DNA of 63,655 nucleotides, filler included, from Atractiella rhizophila (GCA_021432655.1; 39 parts of 39 records of this genome joined end to end with filler, not necessarily neighbours in it), one strand, 5' to 3'. Positions 49,387-62,071 are shown, numbered from the whole stretch's first letter. Notes: generated by a model not told the origin, from the letters alone. Made by a program: numbers and translations.

Positions 49387-50368
49387 GTTTCCCCAGTGAG
49401 CCGCGAGAGGTCTCTCATTGAGTTCAGTAACTAATCGAACTGCAGGGGATATCCATGTGACGCACATAAGCATGAATATCGTGGCAATCGTATCATAGAG
49501 AAGAATTGAGAGCCTATGCTAGTTATCATCGATCTGATGCAGACTTCAGTTGAGGCGCAAACCAATAAACCCAGAGGTCGCTTAAAGAAGCATCAACTCG
49601 GTTGAAGTCGCATAGAAGAAAGGAATCGATCACTTCTTATCTCCTCTTGTAGAGATGCACCCTCTCAACCCCGGCAGTCTATTGACCCTGTCAACGCCTC
49701 CTCGGACAAATCTTGAAAATTTACAAAGGTAATGCTTTGCTCGTGGTGAATGCCAAGATCTGAAGAGCAGTACTACAGATTGCCAACGTTCCAACGAACC
49801 AAGCAATCCATTTTCGACAGTTCCACATGACCCACACCCTCGCGCCCAGTAGGAACTGACAACTCACTGCAGTTATGACATGTCCGTCAGCTCCGACCCG
49901 AATTGGGAGGCGGCGCTCACAAAAGAGCAAGGTGGTTGCGGCTGGGCCGATAAGGTGAATCTTATCGCAAGTCTTTGGGTCAAATTCGAGCCAAAGGAGG
50001 CACCTCGCATAGACGATGACCAGGAGCCCCCAGAAGCTGCATAATCCTCGCATAAGCCTTCCCGCCTGCGAAGGAATTGAGACAGTTACCGATTCAGGAA
50101 GAATGCGGCACGAACTGACGTCCAACGGTCTGCCTTCCACATCGTCTTGTATTCGTCAGGGAAAGTAAGAATAAAATCCCAACCGTAAATTGCAACGCAA
50201 GCTATCTTCCCGTCACTAGAGTTCATAGTAGAAGCCAGAGGAGTGCGAACCAGTGAGATAGGTACCACTAGCAGAGAGAATGTCCTCAATAGCAGCGCGC
50301 TGAAGGGCGATATCGAGCTGTTCTTCTACGGTAGGACTAGTATTTGTGGAAAGAGCGGAAGCTGACAT
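49387..50368 (-). CDS. Basidiomycete membrane protein (DUF6533-type), 5' part
   Basis: AIYGWDFILTFPDEYKTMWK...AFFLNR, LLGARVWVMW and LLYDTI, with TATATAAA about 46 nt upstream of the ATG. Confidence 0.7.
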
Positions 50369-51384
50369 GGCGTCTCTTGTGTCGCAGAAAGAGTTTTGGG
50401 CATCTACAAGTTCTTTATATACCCCATTTCAGACCCACTGCATGAAGCTCATGAGCCCGGGTTCTTCAACCAATTTGCATACATAACATGAACAGTTGCC
50501 AGCCCTGCTCTCCTTCACTAAAATAAAATCGAGTGGAGTTCTTTCTGTCGGATAGTCTGGCAAGAGTTTGGGTTCCCGTTGGGAATACGCACTTTCTCAG
50601 TATCCCAGGAAGAAGGTTACTGGATACTTGCTTTGACTGCATGCATACATTCATTCTCTTTTCTTGGTGGGGGCGATCGAAAGGCAGAACTTTCGGGCAA
50701 CCATGTCAATAGGTCGATTCCCTTAGGCTACCTCGTAAGGTTGTAGTCACATCAATCCTGGAACATTCGACTTGAAGCTATACCATACAAAATGTTGACG
50801 AAACAATCCATGTTTATTTTCAGAAAGACATGGAGACATCTTTGTTGAGTGATGAAAACGTGGTGGAAAATTAGAGACAATCAGTGATCATTTTNNNNNN
50901 NNNNNNNNNNNNNNNNNNNNNNNNNNNNNNNNNNNNNNTTAATTAATTAANNNNNNNNNNNNNNNNNNNNNNNNNNNNNNNNNNNNNNNNNNNNGTGTAT
51001 GGAGGCGGGGGGAAGGAAAAAATAGGGTGCAAGAGGTGATGAATGTGCTGAAGGTGTTCGGGGTTGGGAGGGATGTGTTGAGGAAGTCACCGGAGGAGGT
51101 TTATTCGAAGTTCTGAGCTGAGTGTGAATGAGTTCATCTCCCCATGCCCTGAACGCGGAGCTAAATGGGCAGCTTTGGGCTTGACTGGACTTATGAGAAG
51201 CCTCTTCTTTTGCTTTCTCTTGTAGATCATATTATTCACAGTCCAAAGGACTTCCTCTCAGCGAAAGACGTTTATTGTACACTTTGTCAACGAGTTAGCT
51301 AACAATCAATTGAATGTCGGGCTGCAAGCATTTGCCTGGCTAGCGAAACGAGTGTACAAGTCCCCCTCGCAAACTCTTTCATGT

Positions 51385-52502
51385 TCACGGCCACCATTCC
51401 ACCCCCTCCTCAGCCTCCCAAACTCCTGACTCCTTGCTTGTTTTGTATGCTTCCATTGTACTCCTCGCAATAACGATCTCCTCCTCCATCCACTCACCAA
51501 AGAATAAACAAACCTCAAGATGCCACCCTATCTCCTCTCCACCAACCGGATCCCTCTTCTCACCTCTCCTCATCTGCCAATTCCCAAAGAACCAGCGGAT
51601 GAAGTCTGGGAAATCGGACGAGTCCACCACACAGTACCGGTGTGTTATCTCACGTATCGCCGTTGCATTTGTGAGGGTGCTGAATAACTCTGGGGAAACG
51701 AGGTTTGACGATTCTTCGCCCCCGTCGAGGATCAGCTGAGTGAGGTGTGTGAGGTGTGCGAAGTAGAACGGATTTGGTAGGATGGACGTCTTTCCGTCGG
51801 CAGAGAAGGGGACTAGCTCGATCCGGAGATATTCCAGAAGAGGCGGGAGAGGGTAGTCTGAGATGGAGGAAGGGAGAGGACACACATGGGAGAGATACAG
51901 GTAGTAGAGGCTCTGTGGGAGGGAGAGCGATGGGAGAGGCGGGTACTTGTGAAGCCATAGGTATTCGAGGCGAGAGGATAAGTGAAGACCTGCTGAGGCT
52001 GAAGCGGGAGAGTCATCCACTTCGGAAACTGTGAGGCGTCTGATCCTACCACCCATCCTCCTCACAAAGTTCTCGATCTCCTCCTTCCTCCACTTTCTCG
52101 AACCGCTTCCAAACCTGACGTCATACACCCGATTCAAGCCTTCGATTGCGTTCAGCACAATCCTTGCCTCCTCTCCATTCCAAAATGCTTCCATGCAGAC
52201 ATAAGTAGCATTAGGCGAGCCCACAATGAGCTCTTTCGACACCCCAACATCCATGCCTTCGCCAAATTTCAGGTCCCTCCAGAAACGTCCGGCATCCGGA
52301 TAGTGTTTCAACTGCTCATACCTTTCTGCGACAGAACGAGGTTCCTCCAAATAAGGAACCGCAACAACCTTCCAGAGCTCGCACACGCGAGGGAGAATGG
52401 AAACATCGCCGACATCGAGGAAATTGAATATGAGAGACAGGAGCTCGACGGGCAAGCACGAGATGGAACACGAAATAACATCTGGAGGCGGTACGGAGAG
52501 TT
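51385..52502 (-). CDS. F-box/LRR-like protein
   Basis: F-box LPVELLSLIFNFL...LPRVCELWKVVA followed by LxxLxL repeats in an intronless 356-aa frame. Confidence 0.75.
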
Positions 52503-52602
52503 NNNNNNNNNNNNNNNNNNNNNNNNNNNNNNNNNNNNNNNNNNNNTTAATTAATTAANNNNNNNNNNNNNNNNNNNNNNNNNNNNNNNNNNNNNNNNNN
52601 NN

Positions 52603-54110
52603 TCCAACCACCTTGACCCCACCGCGAAGGCGCTTGTAATGTGCGACACGACTGGCGACGAAGGCTTGGATCTGCAACGACAGATCGTGATGCGGATGTG
52701 AGGGGTCTTTAGGAACAACTACTCCCAGATTTTGATTGAGCAGAACGATTTGGAGATAGAAGACGGCGCACCGTATGCTCGTGGTAGCTCTGTCGCTTCT
52801 TTGTCTGAAAAGATACCGATTACTGCGGCATCAAGAACAAGCGGACACTGTAGGAGAACGCCTTCAAGCTCTGCTGGTGCGACTTGATACCCTGTCAAGA
52901 TTTGATCATCTAGAGTGTCGAGCAAAAAAAGGGATCACATGCCTTTATATTTAATTAATTCCTTGACACGGTCTACTAGTTTGAAAAATCCTGCACTTTT
53001 TTCAGGAGAGATACTTAAAGATGACAGAGAGAACTTACCAGTTTGAGAGTCGTAAGAAACAATATCTCCAGTCTTGTACCATCCTCCTGCGACAATGGTC
53101 TCCTCGGTAGCTTTCGGATTGTTGTAGTATCCTCTACAGCAAATCATAATGAGGAATTATGACAACGAAAACCTCATGCTTACTTCATGACGTTCTGCAA
53201 TGAATCGATGGATCAAACAACAGGTGGTGAGCTGAAATCTCACGGGTCCTTTAAGCCATAACTCTCCAGCTTCTCCTGCTGCTACTTCCATGCCAGTTGA
53301 GTGATTCACCAAACGAGCTTGCATGCCAGGTGCGAGTCTTCCTAGCGCACCAAGGGTATGACGAGGATGCTCCGGATCGGGAACTCTGCTCAAAGTTTCA
53401 ATTTAAGACTGAGTGCTTAGTACAAATGGGACGCACAGAGCAACAGTTGCGGTCTCCGTCATTCCAAAACCTGGGCAGAAAACTAGTCAGAAGATCATAG
53501 CGGCAATGGAGAAGACAGAGACCTTCGCACACTTTGCATCCGTTGAATTTCACCTGGAGCCTGTTCGCTACATCCAGGGGTAGAGGTGCCTGCAAGTCGA
53601 TGAGTAGACGTAGGAATAATACACATGAAGAGTTTGCGGGAGGGACCTACAGCAGCTGAAATGATGTAACGAAGTTTCGAATCGTCTTTGAGACTCATCT
53701 GAGGATGTGCGATCATTGCTAAAGCCAATGGTGGAACGATATAGCAAGTCTACAACCAGCAATCATCAGGATACAATGTGGAATAAGAATCGTAACAGAC
53801 CTCGACTTGATAGCGGCCTATAGAACGAACGAAGAGCTCCACGTCCCAAGATGAAGCGAAGAACAACGTTCCTCTTTGTAAAAGGGTCCCGTGTAATATC
53901 CTGCGGCTGACAAGTCAACATTGAATGGCCCTTTAAGGCAGAAGTGCGGACCCCATTGCGTAGATATGTGCCTTTGAGAAGATTTCAGGGTAACTTTTGT
54001 CAAACGAGATTCTGGACTCACCATGGGCTATTGAGCCAATCATTAATCAACGGCAGTTATTTTTAAGCAACACGCGGATAAAAGCTGCATACGAGAAAAT
54101 TCAGGTTCCT
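52603..54110 (-). CDS. 4-coumarate-CoA-ligase-like AMP-binding acyl-CoA synthetase, internal multi-exon fragment
   Basis: GFGMTET, GELWLKGP|NVMK|GYYNNPKAT, GWYKTGD, VDRVKELIKYKG|YQVAPAELEGVLL, ELPRAY and YKRLRGGV. Confidence 0.92.
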
Positions 54111-54357
54111 NNNNNNNNNNNNNNNNNNNNNNNNNNNNNNNNNNNNNNNNNNNNTTAATTAATTAANNNNNNNNNNNNNNNNNNNNNNNNNNNNNNNNNN
54201 NNNNNNNNNNTGTATGCAGAAGTGTTTGAACATTCCAGTGTAAATAGCCTTGAATATAATTCATTGACATGGTTAATACTGTATCAGTATTTTATAGATG
54301 GCAGTACCAGTGGCTCCTGAACACAAACTGATCAGGATCCACTGAGGTTCAGGTCTA

Positions 54358-55377
54358 TAGGGATGGCTATCGTACCGTATCGTCGTCTCAGCACCACTTC
54401 CGGACGGTACGTGTCCTGTCTCGGCTCGTATCGTACCGTAACAAATTTCCATTGTCAGATACGTACGAGTACGGCGGAAAACGGGAGAATACGACGGATT
54501 ACGGGTTATATGGCATATAGCAATTTCATCACGTCTTAAGTGTCACGTGTCACACTTTCGTCGCTTCTGACCAGCTCTGCAACGTCATCCTCCAATGTCA
54601 TCAGCTCTATTTGCAAACTCTGTAAGCTGAGATTTCCGAAGGAAGCGCGCAATGTGATCCTGAGCATGATAAGGTCGTGTATCTCAGTATCTGGACAATG
54701 ACAGCAAATACCTGTGGTATCACGAGCACCAGAGAAGATGTGCTTGACTCCCACAGCACAACATATAGCACTGAAAAACCTGAAAACAAGTGAGAACACT
54801 TTGGGGAGACACGTTCTGAAATAGCCAGAACATCTCAAGCCAGAAAAGACAAGTTGTGCAAGTTGTGCTTTGACTCTTACTTCAAAAGGAAAGTGGATCA
54901 GCTCCCAAGCCAGGGTTACATGCTTGAAGAGATGGCTAATTTCCTTCATTACTCTATTTTCATCCGCTCCGGCCTTTGGACCATGACCGATAGAAGCGAG
55001 ATAATCGAGAATGGAGAGAGTCGAAGACGTTTATATGTTTGAGGAGAGGAAGGATGTGTTATCGGTGCGAGCGCTCGTCTTGTTTCATAAGCTGCAGCCT
55101 CAATGTGTCAGTTTTGTTGAAGAATCTAAGAACGCTGAAAAGGAAGCACGGACCATCGCCTCCACTGTCTTCCTTTGTAACCCATTGCCCCAGCTGCAAA
55201 TTGCCTTCCGCCACCGTAACCCGTAATACGACGGATTTTCTGGATGAAAACGGACGGGACGTGGAGGATGGCGTATCGTATCGTATCGTCCCGAAGAACA
55301 GTCAAGCAGGACGGACGGGTACGGTACACGTATCGGACACGTACGTCTGGGACGGTGCGATCCGATTGCCATCCCTA
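54358..55377. mobile_element. Complete non-autonomous hAT DNA transposon (1020 bp)
   Basis: 15-bp TIRs TAGGGATGGC(T/A)ATCG, a perfect 8-bp TSD CAGGTCTA (54350-54357 and 55378-55385), CpG-rich subterminal repeats (CGTATCGT, AAACGG), and no intact transposase. Confidence 0.93.
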
Positions 55378-55554
55378 CAGGTCTAGTCTTAGTAGGGTTA
55401 GGGTTGTAATGAACCAGGCTTCGTTGATCATCTTCGTCCCCTGAAACCTTTCTGAATCTTTAGCTTCGATATTATACAGAAAGCCCAGTTCAGGTGAGTC
55501 TCAAGTCTCTTTCCGCGCAGAAACTGAGAGTCTTTCACAAGCCAGCAGTGATCG

Positions 55555-55715
55555 ATGTCGTCCTATCCATATTATCCTTATGCTTACCCCCCAGGCTACG
55601 GGCAATATGCCTCAGTGCCACCCCAGCAATCGAGAGTTCCAGTATGGGGTCAACTACCGCCTGCAGGTCGAGGATTCTCCACCGGCGGTCGAACTCAGGC
55701 TAGAGGCATCAAACC
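55555..55715 (+). CDS. Hypothetical Y/P/G-rich protein N-terminus
   Basis: MSSYPYYPYAYPPGYGQY... open to the contig end. Confidence 0.4.
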
Positions 55716-55815
55716 NNNNNNNNNNNNNNNNNNNNNNNNNNNNNNNNNNNNNNNNNNNNTTAATTAATTAANNNNNNNNNNNNNNNNNNNNNNNNNNNNN
55801 NNNNNNNNNNNNNNN

Positions 55816-56317
55816 GATCTCAAATCGATTAAACAAGCTTTCTTTTCGATTCAGGCCACCAGGAACTCAGAGGAAGCCATCTCAAACACCCAAATGGCAA
55901 ATCAGGCGTCCAGCAGCAACAGGGGACGTCCTGGAGGACGTGGGAGAGGTGCAAGGAATGGTGGGGATCTGGGAGAAGGGATTGGTCATCTGTGGGGTGT
56001 TTCAACTGCCACAAGAAGGGTCATATCGCTTCCAACTGCCCTGGAACATCTTCAGAAGGTCTCAAAAGCGAGTTGGAATGATATAAAGCGAAGTTTGGGA
56101 AGTTGGAAGATGTTAGGGAAGCCAGAGTCGAAGGGAAAGGGGGAGAATTTGCTGGGGAGACCAGCTATGCAGCGGTAGACAATGCCATTAGTCGCCAGAG
56201 AGCTGGGACTGACTGGCTAATCGATACAGGAGCAACTTCATCAATGACTCCACACCCCCACTTCTTCAAATCCTATCGAAAACACATTGTCCCCATCAGA
56301 GTTGCGAATGGAGAGGT
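55816..56317 (+). mobile_element. Ty1/copia gag-protease remnant (element A), frameshifted and interrupted
   Basis: Zinc knuckle CFNCHKKGHIASNCP and protease WLIDTGATSSMTP...IRVANG. Confidence 0.88.
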
Positions 56318-56807
56318 TGTTGGATTAGGTGTTATGTTTGTGTGGTCAGCCACCTGTTTTGTTTGCTTCACTTCGGAGTTTTTGGCCCCCTAGGGGGCAG
56401 TTTAGGCGGTCATCATCTTTGACCACCAATCTCTGTCCCCTAGCTCCATCCAGCGTCAGATTCTCTCATGGTAGCGAGAGCGGTGGCTAGGGATTGACAG
56501 ATCAGTTTTGCCACCCACTTGGTTGAAAATTTTGATCACTCAGCCATCCGTTGTCCAATCAGTTTGAAACTTTGGGATCATAAACGAGACCCCCTTACGC
56601 CTATATCCACCCATTTCTACGAAGATCGGACGATCCAAACTCGAATTTTATCACCATGGCTGAAGAAAGTAAAATTTTGATTACTCCCCTTGGAGAGAAG
56701 AACTATGGCACCTGGTGCATTGATATGCAGGCGGAATTGATGCGAAAGGGGTTATGGGAGATAGTCTCTGGAGTGGAGACAAAACCTGAAGATTTGAAGG
56801 AGCAAAA
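56318..56807 (+). mobile_element. Ty1/copia element B: 5' LTR (56318-56468), PBS (56469-56481) and gag start (ATG 56656)
   Basis: TGTT...CA LTR, tRNAiMet-type PBS TGGTAGCGAGAGC, and gag N-terminus LGEKNYGTWCIDMQAELMRKGLWEIVSG. Confidence 0.8.
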
Positions 56808-57310
56808 TGTTAGTCGTAGTGTGTTGTTTTGGTCATCTGCCTCTTATGACTCATACGAGTCATCACCATGTAGTTTAGTTTTGCCTAGGAGTGTTGGTGC
56901 TTATTATTGACCACCAACTACTCCTAGGTATGTCTCTCTATACTTCATCAATTGCTTATTATTGACCACCAACTACTCCTAGCCTTAGATCCTTACATGG
57001 TAGCCAGAGCTGGTGGCTAGGATTACATTTGGTCACACCTATCACCTTCCCCCTCCTCCAGACCACAATTTTCACCCTCCCACACTCAAATTTTGCTCAA
57101 TTTCGATGATCAGAACAGATTTGTGACCCTCAAACGTTCCTTTACCACCTTAGAAGGTTTCTGTCTACTCAGGAATCAAGAAATCTATCACCTTACCACC
57201 CATCTCCTGCCTCAAAACGCACTTTGCCACCCTGGACTCAAACTTTGACAAATTTGGACGTTATAGGGCTTATTTTGATCGTGAAACACTGCGCTACAAC
57301 TTTACTAGGA
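56808..57310 (+). mobile_element. Ty1/copia element C: 5' LTR (56808-56997), PBS (56998-57010) and leader
   Basis: TGTT...ACA LTR, PBS TGGTAGCCAGAGC, and a post-PBS motif TGGCTAGG shared with element B. Confidence 0.8.
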
Positions 57311-57410
57311 NNNNNNNNNNNNNNNNNNNNNNNNNNNNNNNNNNNNNNNNNNNNTTAATTAATTAANNNNNNNNNNNNNNNNNNNNNNNNNNNNNNNNNN
57401 NNNNNNNNNN

Positions 57411-58901
57411 AGGAATGCTACTCCGCCGTTGCCGTAGTCGCCAATCAATGGCTCAATGTCCTGACGTCGAAGGCTTCCACTTTGGAAGATGAAGAATTGG
57501 TGGAACTCATCGCAGAGAATCGAAGCATGTCAAAGACGCTTGCAGAATACGCTGGCCAGAAATCAACCTCGATTAGCACGGCTAAGCGGCTCGCTGAATT
57601 CCTGGGAGACCAGATGGTGAAAGACAAAGGTCTCGCTTGCAAATTCATCATATCCGCCAAACCGCTAGGAGCTCCGGTTGCAGAACGAGCTGTCCCCGTT
57701 GCTATCTTCTCTGCGGAGTCTAGCGTCAAGAAACACTTTCTCCGAAAGTGGTTGAAGGACAATGGTCTCGTCAACTTCGACATCCGAGCAATTCTCGACT
57801 GGGATTACTATATCGAGCGACTCAGCTCAGTCATTCAAAAGCTCATCACCATCCCAGCTGCGATGCAGAAAGTCCCAAACCCCGTTCCTCGAGTTCCACA
57901 TCCGGACTGGCTCATGAAGCGAGTGACAAATCAAGGAGATCGCTTCAAGCAGCAGAGATTAGGGGATATGTTCGCAAAGCAGCAACTCGTTGCGAACGAA
58001 CCAGGTTTTGTCGCACGTCCTCTCATCCCCAGGGCACAAAAGCCAGTCATGCAGTCGGCTGTCGAGATCAATACGGAGGAGTCAACTCAGCGTGCCAAAG
58101 CCAAGCTGTGGACCAATTATCACAAAGCTGTCGAATTACTCAAACCTGTCTGGAGAAAAGAGATTGAGGGAAAAAAACAAACAAATCCTCGAATAAGGAG
58201 AGCTGGCCAGATCGGCAGTCTTTTCCACGAACAGTCCGCATCCATGGCTTCGAAAACGTGGGAAATCATACAGATGACGCCCTCGGAAAGGACTCCAGGA
58301 GAGTACAAGATGTGGCTACTCATCAATGACACACTTCAGTGCCTTCGGCTTCGTATTCCTCGAGAATTCTATGTCAATTTTCGACAACTCCCCGTCAATT
58401 CTGTCTGGCCAGATTCTTGCGTCCACGAAAGTCTCGTTAGGACATTACCACGTTCTCAGAAAGCTATCGACTTCGTTAAAGTTTCTCTTCCGGAACAAGT
58501 CTTCGTCAAACAGGAGGCCGACTTTTTCGAGCTTTTGAATAATCCTGACGTTGACGGAGTGTACGAGCTGCAGGTTCCGCTTATCGTCCGAGCTCTTTTA
58601 CGTCTGGGCACAAGGTGCGAGGTAGCCTCAGGCAGCAGCACCCTTTTGAGTAAGGGCCTAAGTCACGGCTTCGACTTGTACGAGTTAGATAAGGCAACCT
58701 CTTCATCGCGCCGAAAGTATCTCCAAGAAGGAAGGGCTGTGCGATATGCGTGGTTATACCACGTTTCCAACAACAAGGATCTTCACATTTTTAGTCTCAT
58801 CGTTCCTCAGGGGTCCTATTCGCGAGTCTTTATCGTTGACCCTCGAAAACAAAAGTCTGTTCCGAATCTCACCAAATATTATGCAGAGCGATTGGCTGCC
58901 T
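57411..58901 (+). CDS. POL2: DNA polymerase epsilon catalytic subunit, internal fragment
   Basis: ENRSMSKTLAEYAGQKSTSISTAKRLAEFLGDQMVKDKGLACKFIIS and ILDWDYYIERLSSVIQKLITIPAAMQKVPNPVPRVPHPDWL. Confidence 0.97.
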
Positions 58902-59001
58902 NNNNNNNNNNNNNNNNNNNNNNNNNNNNNNNNNNNNNNNNNNNNTTAATTAATTAANNNNNNNNNNNNNNNNNNNNNNNNNNNNNNNNNNNNNNNNNNN
59001 N

Positions 59002-60487
59002 CGTATGAACGTACTGTGAGAGCCCGCAATCGTGAAGAAATATGTTCCGTAGGATCTGTGATCGAGTTTAGATGAAACCCTGCGTGGTGCGAGTGCAGAC
59101 TTGAACTCACAGAAGAAACATCGAGCCGCTCGCAGGATGCAACATACAAGCGCCGAGTGCGGCAAGAGTTCTCCTACGATTTACACCCCTATGTTGATGA
59201 ACAGAACATTAGGCTACTCTCTCGCTTTCCGAAGGAGAATGTACGCACCGAAAGAGCTCGAAAATATCAAACTTATGTGCTGACATTTCTTTCTCGGCCT
59301 CCCATGCCGCTTTTATCTCTCCAAATTCCTCCGCGATTAAAGTCTCAGGATACCACGGTCCTCGAAGCTTTTTCAGGTATTTCAATGCCTTCTCTTCCCT
59401 TCCATGGGAGATCGCCCAACGTGGAGAGTCTGGGATGAATGGGAGTGTTGAAAAGAGGAGGACGGGGACAATAAACAGAAGGCAGAGCGGGATTTGATAA
59501 GCAAGGCGAGACATAATTCTCGCAGTGTAGTTATCTGCACAGGCGTTCAGAGGATAAAACGCATCCATTGAACTGAGAACGCACCAATTATCGAAGAAAT
59601 CAAGCTTCCAAATGAGACCCAAAACTGGAAGAATGCGAACCTATTCGGGAACTAAGTATGTGTGAAAATTTTCGTTGGGACAAACGCACATCGTCCCTCG
59701 CAAATGTGGAGGCGATACTTCTTGCAGGAAGAGCTGAGTCTGAACCATCAGGATGCCGTTGGCGACGCCAAGGAAAAATCTGGCAAAATAAAGCGCGCCG
59801 AGTGAAGTCGTTGCGATCTGGATGGCTACTCCAACTGGAAAAGGATTGCCATATCAAGTTTGGGTGGTGATCCAAAGATGAGACATACCGCAACACATGA
59901 GTGATGCAACCGCAAGACAGGAGCGTCAATCAAGGAATTTTGCCATTGGACCGGCGAAAAGGGAACCTGTTTTTGCAGCTCCTTCAGTTAAACGTTGAAC
60001 CCGGAAAGTGGAAGGTTAAATTGTACCAATGAATGCACCTAGTCATATATCATTAATAAATAAGAGATATACATTCGACAACGTGCCAAGTGTCAGCAAG
60101 CTTGCAATGAGTTGTTGCACAGTTGGATCAATGTTCCACCCAATTGTGATAGCTGGATCTCTAAATCCGAATACTGACACTACATTCAATTCGCCTCAGC
60201 TCTGGCTTTTGTGTTTTGCGGCTGCAACTTACAGAATCCAGGCATAGCTAGTTTCCGTTATCGCCCTTTAGTAGCACTTCGTGTGTACTGATTACGGTAT
60301 AAGCTCACACTGAAATCCGCCAATGAGCCCAAAATCTTTGAATATACATCAGCGTCCACCATCATCAACAGAAGAAAGTGAGAAGCCCACCAAGTCCATA
60401 TTGAAAGGCGGCACTTGAGATGATGCTTGCAATAAGCAGCGTCCTCCTATTCTGCCATAGCCCAGAGGACGCAAGGTCGTTATTCTT
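59002..60487 (-). CDS. MFS sugar porter (maltose permease-like), multi-exon internal fragment
   Basis: AYQIPLCLLFIVP...FIPDSPRW..HGREEKALKYLKKLRG, ELFR|GVNRRRT and TYFFTIAG. Confidence 0.85.
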
Positions 60488-60587
60488 NNNNNNNNNNNNN
60501 NNNNNNNNNNNNNNNNNNNNNNNNNNNNNNNTTAATTAATTAANNNNNNNNNNNNNNNNNNNNNNNNNNNNNNNNNNNNNNNNNNNN

Positions 60588-61419
60588 CGTCTCTACCCTC
60601 ACTTCACTTCAGAAGATCGCTCAGACCTGTACGCTCCCACCTTCGGAGCACTGCGCAAGAGCTGGCGGTTCATCCACCGCTTCGAATCCCGACGCGTCCA
60701 CCTCCGTTCCAATCTCACAGAGCGTGAAGGTCTGATCCTCCTCATCCGCGCTTACTTCAAGTGGATCCTCCCAGGTCCGCTACTGCTTAATTCCTGACTT
60801 ACTGCTAACTGAAAATTCGATAGAACATTCAAAGTTCTTTGAGCCGGTCCCTCTTTTCCCCTCTTCCCCCTCTACTTCCCGATCATTAAAATGTGCTTGT
60901 TCTCGCCGTCTTGACCTCAGACGTCAACGGATCTCGCAGAAACCTAGAGGATTGTATGCATCCGTGCTACAGAAAAGGAGGAAGTGGTTTCAGCTTCGAG
61001 GACGCGCAATCATGCCGCCTGATCTGGAGGAAAGCGAAGATGATATGGCTGAGACAGAACTGGAGGAGCAGGACGCATACTGGAGGTACGACGAAGAGGA
61101 AGAACAGCGGTTAAGGAGACAATTTGGTCTTTCAATCTCATGTCGGGGTGCGGCAACCGAATATTCCGATGAGAAGAACAGCGCTGCGCTTAAGGAAGAG
61201 TTACAAGCAGAGGAAGATGGTGCTGTGAACGCAGACGGGCAAGATGATGGATGCTTGGAAGAAGAGCTCGAGAACGATATCGTGCTTCGCTCGTTGTGGC
61301 CGCCTCCTCATCACGACTTAGAGAAGGAGACGCTGAAGCGATCAGGGAAACGGAGGTGGGTGGAAGATAAGGCTGATGAGGGGATAAGAAGGAAAAGGAG
61401 GAGAGTTGCCTATCGTTGA
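60588..61419 (+). CDS. Hypothetical acidic protein C-terminus with a basic NLS-like tail
   Basis: Spliced open frame ending GIRRKRRRVAYR*. The resemblance to Rrn5-like proteins is too weak to name it. Confidence 0.55.
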
Positions 61420-61568
61420 AGGCAGACTTTGTACCATTCTGCTTTTAGTTCAGAGCCATCAGTTCTGTCATCATAACCATCGCTTGTGCAATGATCCCAA
61501 CCTTCAAGCTTGTTTCAAACTCTCAAGGGCACATGTATCCTGTGTATATTATTTCTCACGAAATTCAA

Positions 61569-62071
61569 TTATACTTTCCTCTCCCGTAGCTTTACAGTCA
61601 GTGGCCCAGCCACTGTAACAATCCAGTCCTTCTGGGTTTCAGCAAATGTCTCAAATCCACCACCTTTGACAACCTCGAAATCAAATGTTCTAAGGAAAAC
61701 AGATATGAGCGTCCTCATCTCGTCCAAAGCTACGCCTTTCCCGATGCAATTCATAGGTCCGTACTGCTCAATTCGTGAGGCTATGAAGGACTCTAATGAA
61801 TTGAAGTGGAAGCGTACACTGAAAGGAAAGAAAACCTTAGGGCAGAATTTCTCCTAGTTCTCCGTTTAGTAACATTCGAGGAAAGGGGAGTACTCGCCTC
61901 TTTCTCCGGATGCAGCCATCTTTCTGGTCGGAATTCATGAGCGCCAGGACTAAAGAACTTCGGGCTCCGCTGCATGGCATAAGCAGGCGTAGAAATGGTA
62001 GTTCCCTCTGGGAAAAATTTCCCACAAATGGTTCTTCCGCCTTTCGGTATTTCTCGAGGCTGACCAGACTT
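61569..62071 (-). CDS. Cytochrome P450, C-terminal part
   Basis: FRPERW (PERF motif) and heme motif FS|YGPMNCIGK across an intron. Confidence 0.92.

Noticed and set aside
52951..52958. TTAATTAA inside the acyl-CoA ligase gene as a hidden junction
   Set aside because: It is ordinary coding sequence (KELIKY), not flanked by N.
55392..55405. TAGGGTTAGGGTT as a telomere or telomerase template
   Set aside because: Only about two units, internal to the contig, with no supporting structure.
28313..62071. Apparent gene cluster (P450, acyl-CoA ligase, MFS transporter, methyltransferase, amidase) or POL2/POL3 linkage
   Set aside because: These genes lie on different contigs, and their proximity only reflects sorting by length.
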